NCBI GenBank assembly: GCA_963514005.1
Contig: OY740786.1
Coordinates: 16,802,001-16,866,000 of the forward strand
Direction: 5' to 3'
DNA: 64,000 bases
Source of the DNA: Raja brachyura
Taxonomy: Eukaryota
Shown here: positions 48,055 through 62,155 of the stretch, in pieces
Numbering within the stretch: position 1 is the stretch's first letter
How the letters are laid out: the number at the start of each line of letters is the position of its first letter
Translations under genes and position numbers: made by a program
Notes under the pieces: model-generated
What the model was told of the DNA's origin: nothing
The model's input: the letters and a program-made list of their open reading frames with translations, nothing else
Databases searched by the model: none

Positions 48055-49342
48055 ACATAGAAACATAGAAAATAGGTGCAGGAGTAGGCCATTCGGCCCT
48101 TCGAGCCTGCACCGCCATTCAATGTGATCAAGGGGTTACATTAGCTACCCTCCAATCCTCAGGAACTACTCCAGAATCTAAGGAATTTTGAAAAATTATC
48201 ACTAATGCATCCACTATTTCTGTGGCTACCTCCTTGAGTACTCTGGGATGCAGACTATCTGGCCCTGGGGATTTATCGGCCTTCAATCCGTTCAATTTAC
48301 CCAACACCACCTCCCGGCTAACCTGGATTTCACTCAGTTCCTCCATCTTATTTGACCCCCGTTCCACTGCTATTTCCGGCAGATTATTTATGTCTTCCTT
48401 AGTGAAGACAGAACCAAAGTAGTTATTCAATTGGTCTGCCATGTCCTTGTTCCCCATGATCAATTCACCTGTTTCTGACTGCAAGGGACCAACATTTGTT
48501 TTAACTAGTCTCTTTCTCTTTACATATCTATAAAAACTTTTGCAGTCAGTTTTTATGTTCCCTGCCAGTTTCCTTTCATAATCTATTTTCCCTTTCCTAA
48601 TTAAGCCCTTTGTCCTCCTCTGCTGGATTCTGAATTTCTCCCAGTCCTCCGGTAGGCTGCTTTTTCTGGCAAATTTGTATGCCTCATCTTTTGTTTTTAT
48701 ACTATCCCTGATTTCCCTTGTTATCCATGGATGCACCACCTTCCCCGATTTATTCTTTTGCCAAACTGGTATGAACAACTTTTGTACTTCATCCATGCAG
48801 TCTTTAAATACCTTCCATTGCACATCCACTGTCAACCCTTTAAGAATCACCTGCCAGTCTATCTTGGCCAATTCACATCTCATACCTTCAAAGTTACCTT
48901 TGTTCAAGTTCAGAACCCTTGTTTCTGACTTAATTTTGTCACTCTCCATCCTAATGAAGAACTCAACCATATTATGGTCACTCTTGCCCAAGGGGCCACG
49001 CACAACAAGACTGCTAACTAACCCTTCCTCATTACTCAATACCCAGTCTAGAATAGCCTGCTCTCTCGTTGGTTCCTCCACATGTTGGTTGAGAAAACTA
49101 TCCCGCATACATTCCAGGAAATCCTCTTCCTCAGCACCCCTGCCAATTTGATTCACCCAATCTACATGCAGATTGAAGTCACCCATTATAACCGTGTTAC
49201 CCTTGTTGCACGCATTTCTAATTTCCTGTTTGATGCCATCCCCAACTCCAATACTACTGTTAGGTGGCCTGCACACAGTTCCCACTAGCGTTTTCTGCCC
49301 CTTAGAGTTTCGCAGCTCTACCCATATCGATTCCACATCTTC
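48055..49342 (-). mobile_element. Young CR1 with RT domain deleted
   Basis: Near-identical to 21043-22242, joined directly to the last ~75 nt of the element; open 415-aa ORF (EN end and linker). Confidence 0.93.
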
Positions 49343-52300
49343 CACCCAGGCATGTAGTAGTCCACAACTCAACATTTAATTCAACAACTTTAGGCCAACA
49401 ACCTCATGTTTAAGTAAAAACTGTCAGTTCAAATGCAAGGTCATCAACTTGTAACATCTATTTAGTTTAGTTTGTTATTATCACGTGTATCGAGGTACAA
49501 TGCAAACCTTTTGTTTATGTGCCATCCAGTCACATATGACTATACATTCAATCAAGCCGCCCATAATGCACAAATAAAGGAGGAGTACAACATTTAGTGC
49601 AATACATATCATTGAAGTCCTATTAAAGATATTCTAAAGTCTCCAATGAAGTAGAGGTCAAGATCGCACTCTAGCTGACGAGAGGACCGTTCAGTTGCCT
49701 GATAACAGTTGGGAACACGTTTTCAAACTTCTGTACCTCTTGCCCGATGATGGAGTTTTTTTTCTCTCTTTACAAATGGTACCTGACCTGCAGAGTATTC
49801 CCAGCATTATTTTTTACTTCATATTTCAGCATCTGCTGTGTTCTGCCTCTCATAGCTCCAGATAATTATTTTTTCTCTCGCCTGTCTTCACTCATCAACC
49901 TCCATCTGCACTTCCCCCAGCCAGATCAGTTATGATTAACAAATCTTAACCATCGTCTATTGAGGACACCAACAGTATGTGTGTCATCTGGATTCTCTTG
50001 GTCTCCAACATTTCATAGACACCCCCTCTTCTATGTGACTTAAAACATGCTTGTTTTCCTAATTCTGATGAGAACAAAATAGCTAAAACATTTACTCCAT
50101 ACTCTTATTCAGAGTTGACCTATTCAATATCTTCCGCATTTTCAGTTCTTATTCCAGATTCATATTTCATTAATCATATTTGAGCTTGACTGGTGTCCAG
50201 TTACAATTTACAATATTGGTCACCATCTGATATTTGTGTATATAGTCCAGTTATTGCCCTCAGTGTTACGTGAAATTTCTTTGATCCCAAATAGGAATCT
50301 CAGTATTATACAATCAACAGATTTATTCTGCAAGTTTCTGTACTTCAAATAAAATAGCCCAGACTATTTTAAACTAAGGTTGAGTCAGTGCATTTTGCTT
50401 TGTTTCACCAAGTCAACCTTTTGTTTTGGAACTTGTAGATTTTCATTTATCTGTTGGATCTATTATAAGACATTTTCAAATGCCTTCTTAAAATCTACTT
50501 GAACTGCATTAAATACTCCACATTGATTGATATGCTTGATCTGTCAGATAAGGCATTTCCTTAACAGATCCATGCTGATTATTCTCGATTACTTTTGTCT
50601 TCCTAATTGATTATTTATAGAATTTCTTACAATTTTTCATCGCCATTTTTAAGCTAATCAGATAGTAATGGCTCTCTCATTCCTTTATCATTAGCCTTCC
50701 ACTCATTGTAGCTAAAAGGAATTGGAAAATGAAGGCCAAAATCTCCAATTGGCTTTCTCAATTCCTTCTCTCAACAACTAAGAAATCCATTTACACCATG
50801 CCTGGTAATTTTCTGTTTTTAAGGATGCCAAATAAATACCTTTCCATCTTACTTTCACTATATTAATGTCATATCTAATGTCTGTATCTAATATCTGCAA
50901 TCAACCCCCTCCATTTTATGATGTAAAATAATGATTTGAAACCCTTGCCATGTTGCAGCTCCATGGTCAAATAGTTCCTCTGCAATTCACTTACCACTTA
51001 TTCATGAATGGATTTTTCTAGCTATTATTTTTTTCCATACTTTGTGCTTCTCATTTTTTTAAATTTTTTTTTACACACTTTATATTTTTTCTGCACTTTC
51101 TGCAGCATTTAAGAGTCTCACACTGATATAGCCAAAGCAAGTTTCCACTGGGTATCAATTGACAATTTCTATTCCTGGCCGATCTTAGTCCTTTTCCTTA
51201 ACTATGTTAGATGTAACTAAATTATGATCCTGATTCATCGCAACAGATCTCAGCTCAAAGGTTAATTTATTCCATCATGATTTGCCAGCTCTTTTTGAAG
51301 CTCAATTAGTTCCACATACCGTTACAATAATCCACTATATAAATTACAATATTTTCTACTTCGCTAAGAGTTTAAGTCTGACACATCCTGTGACTTGCAT
51401 GCATGAAAACAATTACCATTTCATTTTTTATGAACAAATTCTCATAATGCCCTGACCTGCTAAATTTATGCATTTCTGTTTCTCTCATCAGTTTCAAAAT
51501 TAATCAAACTGTTAATATAAAAACTGATGGCAGGAGGTTCACAGTCTAGTAAGGTAGCCTTCAAATTGTATAGTTTAGGCTTTAATAAGTGGTATTACAT
51601 TAACTATCATTTAAAATTCTTTCTTCAGTGTCTATTCTTAGATTTGGCTGTACATCAATACAAATCTGCACAATTATACTGGTTTGGACTTAGTTTTATA
51701 CTTCTTGCAATTAATGTGCAGTTCCTTTAACCATTAAAAATCCTTAGCCAGTCTTACACAGTCAAAACAAGAAAGCTTCACTTACATGGCAAAGCCGCAG
51801 ATGTTTGCCTCATACAATAGTATAGTGTCACTCTTCAGATTAAAACAAACGTCTGCATCTTCCATGTAATTCAGTGCAATACATCCACAAGCAAAGAACG
51901 CTTAGCCAATACATTGAGTCCTTCACAATGAGGCAGGAAACAGTCTTTTGCTCATGTGTCCAACATTTGCTTCCCACTAAACCACCCTGCCAGAACTACT
52001 TCAGGCTGAGGATATTAGCATTTACATAATACTAATTGAATCAGAGGCCAACAAGTGCGTTCACGTGACAGTGGCCCAAACAATTTTACTGGTGCGCTTG
52101 TTTTGGTAGAAGGTTGAAAGAGGCTGGCACAGCGTCACACCATTCATTTATGTGATGGTGAGAAAAACTGCACTTTCTTACTAAAGCTATACTTATTTAA
52201 ACAGGTGGAAAACTACAATATAACAGATGTCATTTCTAATTTCAATTCATTTCAGTTTCACTAAATGCTCCATATTAATTTTTGTATAAAATCGATGTCA

Positions 52301-52889
52301 AGCTATTTCTTACAACTGTTTGATTATTTATGACATAGATTCATACATTTTGTATTTTCTACAGAACTTTTTTTTTAAACCACTTTGTTCAGCAATTTTT
52401 AACAGTAAAGAAAAGGAATGTAACCAGATAATTTGTGCCCCATCTCTCTGAAAACATGACTCGTAAACAGCTATGTATCTGTACCTTGCTCAAAAGGCGA
52501 ATCTTCATTTAGGCTTTAAGTGTCAGTAAACTATTCAGCTGTAAAGCCTTTCATGGCCAAGGTTGATCATATTCTCAGCTATCGGTTACACACATTAAGA
52601 AGATAATTCATTTTAGAAAACTTACAATTTTGAGAATTTTCACAGGGGAAGGGGCACAATGACTTTGAACGCAGCAAAAAACATCAAAAAAACATCCCAA
52701 ACTTAATGATTCAGCATTGCAACCTTAACGATTGCAAGAGTATCTTAGCATCCATATCACTTGGTCACTTCACACTGATGCAGTGAACATCAAGTGGAGT
52801 TATGATGTGACCAGGGAAACTTCTGCAGTGCTACTACATAAAAGTATTTCGATGGGAAAGCATCTCAAGATGGTATGGTAAATGCTCTA

Positions 52890-53170
52890 GTGCAGCACGC
52901 ATCTGACAGAGCCAGAGACCCGGGTTCAATCCTGACTACGGGTGCCATCTAGATGGAGTTTGTATGTTCTCCCCGTGACTGTGGGTTTTCCCCAGGTGCT
53001 TCGGTTTCCTCCCACACTCCAAATTAGTACAGGTATGGAGGTTAATTTGGCTTCGGTAAAAATTGTAAATTGTCCCGAGCGTGTAGGATAGTGCTAATGT
53101 ACGGGAATCGCTAATCAGCGCAGACTCGGTGGGCCTTAGGGCCCGTTTCCGTGCTGTCTCTCTAACCTAA
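52890..53170 (+). mobile_element. tRNA-derived SINE (HE1/V-SINE-like)
   Basis: GACCCGGGTTCAATCCTGACT B box; core GGTTTCCTCCCACACTCC. Confidence 0.75.
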
Positions 53171-53445
53171 ATTCTGCTCTTGACTGCCATAACCTGCAGT
53201 GTGTGGCGGGCACAGCCCAGTCTATCACAGGTTCATCACTTCCTTCTATCCAGTCCTTCTTCATCAGGATGGCTGGATATACTGTCAAGGATGTCTACCC
53301 ACCTTTTCTTTCTTCTACCTTCTGGGAGAAGATACAAGAGGTTGAAAGTCCTAACATTCAAACTCAAGAACAGGTTCTTTCTCACTGCCATGAGATTCCT
53401 GAACCAATCAGCTCTTTCATACTCCCCTATGCTGCCAGACCCTTA

Positions 53446-55502
53446 AGGCCCTGTCCCACTTGCGTGTCCATGACACGCAAATTACACAACCTCGTCGTCG
53501 CTTTGAGGCGCACGGGCATCATGTTGCAGCGCAGGGCCGGTCCCACTGAGAAGCGCGAAGGGGTATGGAGTTGTGCGCGGAATCGCGCGGTGCTCCGAAA
53601 TATGGTAGTGAACTAAATCTTTGCGCGCCACCAGCTTGTCGTGTAACTGACAGCCAAATTGGGACAGGCCCAAGACCCTGGCGCGACGCACGTCTCACCT
53701 CCAACAGCAGCAGAAGCAGGCAAACGATCGCCAAGCTCGGCCCAGGGCTCACGGCCGTTGTAATCCGGATCCGCCCCCACTTCGGGGCCAAGAAAATTGA
53801 AGATAGACACAAAATGCTGGAGTAACTCAACGGGACCGGCAGCATCTCTGGAAAGAATGAATTGATGACATTTCGGGTCAAGACCCTTCTTTCAGACTGA
53901 AGAAGGGTCTCGACCCGAAACATCACCCATTGTTTCTCTCCAGAGATGCTGCCTGTCCCGTTGAGTTACCCCTGCATTTTGTGTCCATCTTCAAATGACG
54001 GCTCGCGCTCCAGACGCCTGTGCAGGCGCATGAAGTCGCGCGGGACCGTCGCGCCTCAATGTGACCACGAGGTCGTGTAATTAGCGTGCCAAGGACATTG
54101 TTGTTCCATTGTTTAAAAAGGGTTCAAAACATAAACCTAGCAATTATAGACCTGTTAGTTTGACGTCAGTGGCGGGCAAATTAATGGAAAGGATACTTAG
54201 AGATAATATATATAAGCATCTGGATAAACAGGGTCTGATCAAGAACAGTCAACATGGATTTGTGCCTGGAAGGTCATGTTTGAGAAACCTTCTTGAATTT
54301 TTTGAAGAGGTTACTAGGGAAATTGATGAGGGTAAAGCAGTGGGTGTTGTCTGTATGGATTTCAGTAAGGCCTTTGACAAGGTTCCCCATGGAAGGTTGG
54401 CTAAGAAGGTTCAATCTTTGGGTGTTAATGGCGAAGTAGCAAGATGGATTCAACAGTGGCTCAATGGGAGATGCCAGAGAGTAATGGTGGATGGCTGTTT
54501 GTCAGGGTGGAAGCCGGTGACCAGTGGGGCGCCTCAGGGATCTGTGTTGGGTCCACTGTTGTTTGTCATGTACATCAATGATCTAGATGATGGGGTGGCG
54601 AATTGGATAAGTAAGTATGCAGATGATACTAAGATAGGCAGTGCTGTGGATAATGAAGTAGATTTTCAAAGTCTACAGAGAGATTTGGGCCATTTGGAAG
54701 AGTAGGCGTGAGGTGCTACATCTTGGCAGGACAAATCAAAATAGGACGTACATGGTAAATGGTAGGGAATTGAGGAATGCTGTGGAACAGAGGGATCTAG
54801 GAATAACTGTGCATAGTTCCCTGAAGGTGGAATCGCATGTAGATTGGTGTGCTGGCCTTTATAAACCAGAGCATTGAATATAGGACTAGGGAAATAATGT
54901 TAAAATTGTACAAGGCATTGGTGAGACCAATTCTGGAGTATGGTGTACAATTTTGGTCGCCTAATTATAGGAAGGATGTCAAGAAAATAGAGAGAGTACA
55001 GAGGAGATTTACTAGAATGTTGCCTGGGTTCCAGCAACTAAGTTACAGAGAAAGGTTGAACAAGTTAGGTCTTTATTCTTTGGAGCGCAGAAGGTTGAGG
55101 GGGGACTTGATTGAGGTCTTTAAAATGATGAAAGGGATAGACAGAGTTGACGTGGATAAGCTTTTCCCGTTGAGGGTAGGGAAGATTGAAACAAGAGGGC
55201 ATGACATGAGAATTAAGGGACAGATGTTTAGGGGTAACATGAGGGGGGTCTTCTTTACTCAGAGAGTGGTGGCTGTGTGGAATGATCTTCCAGTAGAAGT
55301 GGTGGAGGCAGGATCAATTTTAACATTTAAAAGTAAAGTGGATAGGTATATGGACGGGAAGGGAATGGAGGGGTATGGTCTTAGTGCAGGTAGATGGGAC
55401 TAGGGGAAAATAAATGGTCGGCACGGACTGGAAGGTCCGAGAAGGCCTGTTTCCGTGCTGTAATTGTTATATGGTTATATGGTTATAAGTGGGACAGGGG
55501 CT
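53446..55502. mobile_element. PIF/Harbinger-like MITE containing a Penelope-type inverted pair (53797-53993), split by CR1
   Basis: TTA|AGGCCCTGTCCCACTT ... AAGTGGGACAGGGGCT|TTA; long TIR continues at 54060-54097. Confidence 0.8.
54098..55485 (+). mobile_element. CR1 LINE (second subfamily), 5'-truncated
   Basis: NYRPVSLTSV, DFSKAFDKV, KYADDTK; (GTTATATG)n tail. Confidence 0.93.
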
Positions 55503-57002
55503 TTACTCTCTACTCTCCCTCACATAGTTCCTCCATTATTGCACTTCAGAATCTTTTGTATTACTTAAGATCGCACAACAATCTTTACACTATTCTGTTG
55601 TTTTGTATTTGTGGTCGCATTTATTGTGGTATGTATTTGTTTATTGTTTAATCTATGTGCTCCATGTAAACTAAGAATTTCAGTGCACCTTGCTGTAAAT
55701 GACAATAAACTAATCTGAATCTGATAAATAAGTTTGAGGAGAGTGTAGATGCTTTTGCTACAACTTCAGCCATACTTTTTCAAACTTTATTCAATTTATT
55801 GTTTCTATGGAAAAACATTTTACTTATTAAATGGATTGAACGCATTCAAAACAATTGGTCAATTAGTAATGCGAACATGTTTATGTGCTCATGAAGAAGG
55901 GATGAGAACAAAGTATTTAAGAAAGAAGTCATTCGAGTGGAATAAGCTTCTGTGGAGTATAAATGCTGCCAGAGGCCACTTGTCCAGGATGAATTGTTTC
56001 CTTGTGCGCATTTCTATGAAGTAGCTGTAAATTGGGCTGTAGTCTAAAACTTATGTAACCACCTCCAAATAAATGCAAGAACTTGTGGCCAAAATAAAAT
56101 AACAAGTTACACTAAAAGGTGTCAGGGTTGTTCATCATTAAAAGGCATGCAGTTTAATACATACAGATTGTTTGTGGCTGAATATTCTGAACCAATAGGT
56201 GGTAGCACCCGTATTGGCAAGGGCGGCAGATATACAAGAAATAAAATTATACCTTTGCAGTATGTTCCAGAAATATCACCTTGCGAATATATTATCCAGG
56301 ATAAGAGTTTCACTAAATATTACCAATGTTTTAAAATAACTTTATCTTACTCCTAGGCAGACCTTTGGGGCTGAGAATGACGCTTTCATTTTGGTCTTGT
56401 GGGTTTTGAGATGAGTGGCGAGGCCAAAGTGGAGACCACAAACCTTTCCACAAAAATGACAAAAGATGCCGGATGCAGCAGGCAGATGGGTAGGCTGAGA
56501 GGTGGTGTGCTAATTCGGACAACAACCCACGGTTTCCCTGTGCTCCTGATGCATAGATTCAAGGTTCTCAATACCATCCAGTCTGCTCTAAATGTGAAAA
56601 GAGTATTCCTCGGGTCAGTGAGGTTTGCACTCTTTCGAGAAAGCTTTGAGAAAATCTAAATCTTTTCCTCTCTCTGTCTGTTAATCATTTCTGATAATAG
56701 AGCTTTGCATAGATCATCCCTATCAGGAGTCTGATGTTGGGCATGCGAATGACATGGCCTGCCCAATGTAGCCTCAATGCAGGTTAGTGCTGCTCCTCCT
56801 GCGCTTTGATTTAAAACTGTCACACAATGAAGGTCGTGCCAACTGCAATTCAGGGAGCGGTTCTTTAGCCAGTGGGAGGAGGCTGCTGAGGAGGACCCGA
56901 GCAGTGACTTTCCCAGTGGCAGACACTGGGAGACCCCACTCTGCAGCTACCCCGCGTGAACATTCCTCTTCTTGAAGGTGGTCACCCGCTTCTCCTAGAT
57001 CT

Positions 57003-57527
57003 TAGAAACATAGACATAGAAAATAGGTGCAGGAGTAGGCCATTCGGCCCTTCGAGCCTGCACCGCCATTCAATGTGATCATGGCTGATCATCCAACTCA
57101 GTATCCCGTACCTGCCTTCTCTCCATACCCCCTGATCCCTTTAGCCACAAGTGCCACATCTAACGCCCTCTTAAATATAGCCAATGAACTGGCCTCAACT
57201 ACCTTCTGTGGCAGAGAATTCCACAGACTCACCACTCTCTGTGTAAAGAATGTTTTCCTCATCTCGGTCCTAAAGGAATTCCCCCTTATCCTTAGACTGT
57301 GACCCCTTGTTCTGGACTCCCCCAACATCGGGAACAATCTTCCAGCATCTAGCTTGTCCAACCCCTTAAGAATTTTGTAAGTTTCTATAAGATCCCCCCT
57401 CAATCTTCTAAATTCCATCGAGTACAAACCGAGTCTATCCAATCTTTCCTCATATGAAAGTCCTGACATCCCAGGAATCAGTCTAGTGAATCTTCTCTGT
57501 ACCCCCTCTATGGCAAGGATGTCTTTC
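57003..57527 (-). mobile_element. Young CR1 3' fragment
   Basis: Near-identical to 19605-20121. Confidence 0.93.
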
Positions 57528-58149
57528 TGGATATCTTCTGGATATCTTCTGGCATATCCTCTTCTTCTCCGATGTAAACAATTAGGGTGCGAATTCATGT
57601 ATGAGCCTTTTAATTGGCAAATGTCTAAACTTCAGTTGGGAAGAGTGTGAGATCCAGAGGCTATTTAATTTAAGTTGCCACATGGCTATTTTGTCAAGTT
57701 GTCAGTTAGCAGTGTTCTTGGACTGACTACTGCCTAAGCAGCATTAAGCTGGCCTCAATATCATTGTACCAATACTAAGTAAACAGCCCTATTCTACTTA
57801 ATGTAAAATCTGGACCTCATCTGGACCATATGCAAAAAAAGTCAGATATCTTGTTTGCTCTCTGTTACTTTGCAGAAATAAAAATGTTGTTTGTACAGGC
57901 TAGACATTTTCACAAGTATTCTACTTCTCATTATCAGTGCAAGCTTTTAAACTGATTTCAGTCTTCCAGGCCATTTATTTATCATTAATCCATATTACAC
58001 ATATGGCCAAGGAATGGGTCACTGTCATTTGAGTCTGCCCAGCCATAATATAATTACAACTATTTTGATAGTAAATCTGCATTCCTGGCTACTTTTCACA
58101 GGCCTTTTTATCACGAATATACACCTCGAAATATGCAAATAACATATAG

Positions 58150-59300
58150 TACGGTGCAGCATAGGAACAGGTATTCCAGCCCACATTGTCTGTGCTGACC
58201 ATGATGCCAATTTTAACAGCACCATTGCCTTCACATGGTCCACATCACCCCATTCTCTGCCTCTTCAAATGTCTGTCGATACACTTTTTAAACGTTGTTG
58301 CTGTATCTGCTTCCACCACTTTTCCCTGCTAGCATGTTCCAAGCACCTATCACTTTCTGGTGCACAAAAACAAGCTTGTCTCATAAATCTCCTTTAATGT
58401 TTTCTCCTCGAACCTTAAACTATTCCCTCCAGTATTTTTACCTTTTTACCTGGGATAAAGATTATCCTTGTTATTTATGGCTCTTATGATTTATATAGTT
58501 CTATCAGGTTGCCCCTCAGTCTTTGACACTGCTGTGAAAACAATCTAAGTTTGCTCAACTTTCTTCATAGCTAATACACTCCAATGTAGGCAACATACTG
58601 ATCAACCTCTTCTGTACCCTCCCTACAACTTCCATAATCTTCCTGTAATCAGTGACAGGAACTGCACACAACCCTCCAAACTTTACCTAACCAATGCTTT
58701 ATATAGCTGCAACATGATTTACCAATTTTTATTTGCAATGCACCGACCAATGTCTTCTTTACTGGTGTTGTCACTTTCAGGGGGCTGTGGAAATAGACAA
58801 TAGGTGCAGGAGAAGGCCCTTCGAGCCAGCACTGCCATTCAATGTGATCATGGCTGATCATCCCCAATCAGTACCCCGTTCCTGCCTTCTCCACATATCC
58901 CCCGACTCAGCTATTTTTAAGAGCCCTATCTAGCTCTCTCTTGAAGGCATCCAGAGAACCTGCCTCCACCGCCCTCTGAGGCAGAGAATTCCACAGACTC
59001 ACCACTCTCTGTGAGAAAAAGTGTTTCCTCCATACATCAATGCTTCCAAGGATACTGCCATTTGCTGCATATTTTCCTCTTACATCTGACCTCCCAAAGA
59101 ACAACATGTCACTTGACTGGATTAAACTCCATCTGCCACATATCTGCCCATATTTCTAACTGGTCTATACACTGATGACTTATTTGACAAACTTCCTCAC
59201 AATCCACAATTCCACCTTTTTGTTTTGTTGTCCGCAAACTTACTAATCACCCTATCTACATTTTTGTCCAAATCATTTATATGCATCACAAACAACAGAC
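58150..59300 (-). mobile_element. Old degenerate CR1 with a younger CR1 3' end nested at ~58792-59030
   Basis: Degenerate RT and 3' UTR similarity; nested piece FFSQRVVSLWNSLP with ATAGACAATAG tail. Confidence 0.65.
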
Positions 59301-59512
59301 AAAAGACTGACAGACACACAGAGGATAAAAATTACTTCATCTCTGCTTTGGATAGGTAGGCCCCCATGTTTAAACACTTAGCCCAGTTCTACATTTTCCC
59401 ACAAGGAAACTCCAGCATTTTCATGCATAGCCTGTCCAAGTTCACAGCCATTCCAGTATTAATCTACTAATATTATTTTAAGTAAAACCGCTACTGGATA
59501 GAACTATGGTCT

Positions 59513-60246
59513 GTTATGGTCTGTAGAACCAAAGAGGATAAAAGCCTAAAATATCCTGATTTTAAATTGTCTGACAACAATCTTAGTGTCTGTAATAAGA
59601 TAAAATATCTAGGGCATATTATTACAGAACAAATGACAGATGAGGATATTTATAGGCAACGACGCATGCTGTATATACAGGCGAATATCCTCTTGCGTAA
59701 ATTTGGTGCGTGTGCAGATGTGGTTAAGATGTCGCTATTTAGAGCATACTACACACCCCTCTACACTGCGCACCTGTGGTCGAACTATTTAAAGACAAGT
59801 ATGCAGAGACTAAAGGTGGCATATAATGATGCCATGAGAACACTGCTAAGGCAACCAAGATGGTGTAGTGCCAGTAATATGTTTGTGGCTGCAGGAGTCA
59901 GTACTTTAGAAGCTATCCTAAGACACCACATGCATAAATTCATTTGCAGGATAAATGACTCTAAAAATGTGCTTATTGTGGCCTTGACAAACATAAGGGT
60001 TAGCACTACACGCTATGAATCCCAGCTGTGGAGACACTGGTATTGTTGTCTCGTTGTACGACATTGATCATCTTTTACTCTGGATTTTTAACTTAAGTAT
60101 TGTGGGTTTTTAAAATATATAAATTATGCTTTTTTTTGTGATTTACCATGATTTTATATATATTTATGATATTTGATATGCAATGCATGTTTAATGTAAT
60201 GTTGCCCCTTGTCTGGACCTTGAGTCCGTAATAAAGTTGTTATTAT
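59513..60246 (+). mobile_element. 5'-truncated LINE, RTEX-like
   Basis: 183-aa ORF KYLGHII..LYIQANILLRKF..LFRAY..LW; AATAAA plus (TTA)n tail; TSD TATGGTCT at 59505-59512 and 60247-60254; clade uncertain. Confidence 0.75.
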
Positions 60247-60386
60247 TATGGTCTCATAAATGCCCGACTAAAACCTTCTGACTTTTATATTCAATTTCCA
60301 TATATACAAAAAATATTCTGTGAAGTTCCCCAAATTTTGCTGTACTTTTGCAAATCTTGCACTTAGAGCTCTGCAATGCAGAAGAA

Positions 60387-61742
60387 TCTGGACATCCTGT
60401 TATCTCTCACTATTTACATATCTTTTTTAATTGTGCCAAAATGCACAGTGTCACATTTTTCTACCTTATACACCGTTTGCCAACTCTTAGCCAACTAAGT
60501 TAAATTACATATATTCCATTATAGCCTCCTTGCCTCAGCTTCACAATTTACTTTCCTACCTATTTTTGTATCATCAATAAATTTAGCAGCTATACTTTTG
60601 GTCCATTCATACGAACAGCAAATATTTGAGGTTGCAACACCAATCCCTGTGGTACAGAACCAGTCATATATTGCCAACGTGCAAAGTACATTTCTGTTTT
60701 CTTGGTGGTTAGATAATCTTTTATTCACGACATGGTTTCCACTTAAACCATTAAGTTTTATTTTCCCCAATACCCTTTTATGAAGCACTTCATGCCTTTT
60801 GGGAATTTAAGTACAGCATAAACCAGCTCCCCTTTATCGTTCCAAGTTACTTCTTCAAAGAACTGCAAACATTTGAAGAAACAAATGTTCCCTTTCATAA
60901 CATGTTGACTATGATTACCTTGAACTATTCTAAGAGCTTTGTAATAATATATCTAATAATAGCTTCTAAAAAGGTTAATACCATATAACTGGTATACAAG
61001 AAAAGGGCCTTTACAAAGGTCTTATGTTGCAGGCAGTCACACGAATCGGCATCACAGGCGTCAACTACGACATGCAGCACTATGCTCTTTTTCAAATGAT
61101 CTATTGAGACAAAAGATGAAATTGTTTCTGGGAGCACACCATGCTCTTTCATGTACAAATTACATCAATGTACAAACAACCAATTGCAGCATCACTTAGT
61201 GCTGTGTGCACCAGAGCACAAATGATGCACACAACAGATGTCTCTGAAAATGAAAGCAAATATGATCAGAGTACTCCAAGTTAGTAACATAGTAAGCAAA
61301 GCAAACAATGCACAGTACTGTCACGTCATTGATACATTGCCACACCCCAGCATGAAATACTTGATGTTACAAAATGGCTGAAACTCAATTCAATCAGAAA
61401 TCTACAGTGCATCTGAGACAGTTTTCCTTTTGACAAATTTGAACATATAGCAAATGAGACTCTGCAACGCATCCTAAAAATAAATCTTCAAAATACGCAC
61501 ATTTAAATTTTCAGTTTCAGTGGCACATTTCAGTTTCCATCAGAAAATTTAAATTGGGTATTTTTTCTTTGTGGTTTGTAAAGAAAAATTATCTGGACAT
61601 CCTGTTATTTCTCACTATTTACATTTTTTTTTAAATTGTGCCAAAATGCACACCGTCACATTTTCCCACCTTATACACAATTTGCCAACTCTTAGCCAAC
61701 TAAGTTAAATTATATATATTCCATTATAGCCTCCTTACCTCA
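60387..61742. repeat. ~150-bp direct duplication (60387-60537 and 61591-61742) of a decayed CR1 piece
   Basis: TCTGGACATCCTGTTAT...GCCAACTCTTAGCCAACTAAGTTAAATT...CCATTATAGCCTCCTT shared by both copies. Confidence 0.85.
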
Positions 61743-62127
61743 CGTGATATAGTGAAAGAGTATGAAATAGCAAAGCAGAGTTGGTTTCAATATAGATATG
61801 ACTTGTTAAAATTCTCAGCTGAATCAATCAATCCATGGAAGTTCCTTCAAACACTGCAAAGATAGTTGCATTTCAAATGTAGTTATATTACTCTGTATGT
61901 TTAAACATTTCATTTGCAGAGATCTTACAACAGTCCAAAGCTAGGAAAAACACTGCAGCATTTGTATAGCTCATAAGCTGCTGAGGAGACACCTTGTGCA
62001 GTGCCCAATATTAGCACACACTAGCCGGTTTCCTATATCATCGTTACTTTTTTGCATATATTTAATTAATTTGTTTTCTATCTCTCTATATCACCGTCTG
62101 CATCTCTCCTATCCCCTGACTCTCAGT

Positions 62128-62155
62128 CTGAAGAAGGGTCTCGACCCGAAACGTC
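62128..62155 (+). ncRNA. Minimal type-I hammerhead ribozyme motif within a Penelope-type repeat (~62030-62245)
   Basis: CTGAAGA-A-GGGTC TC GACCC-GAAA-CGTC: conserved core, stem II, palindromic ACGT stem III, GUC cleavage triplet. Confidence 0.65.

Noticed and set aside
52760-52815. Weak hairpin as miRNA or snoRNA
   Set aside because: Too many bulges and no convincing box motifs
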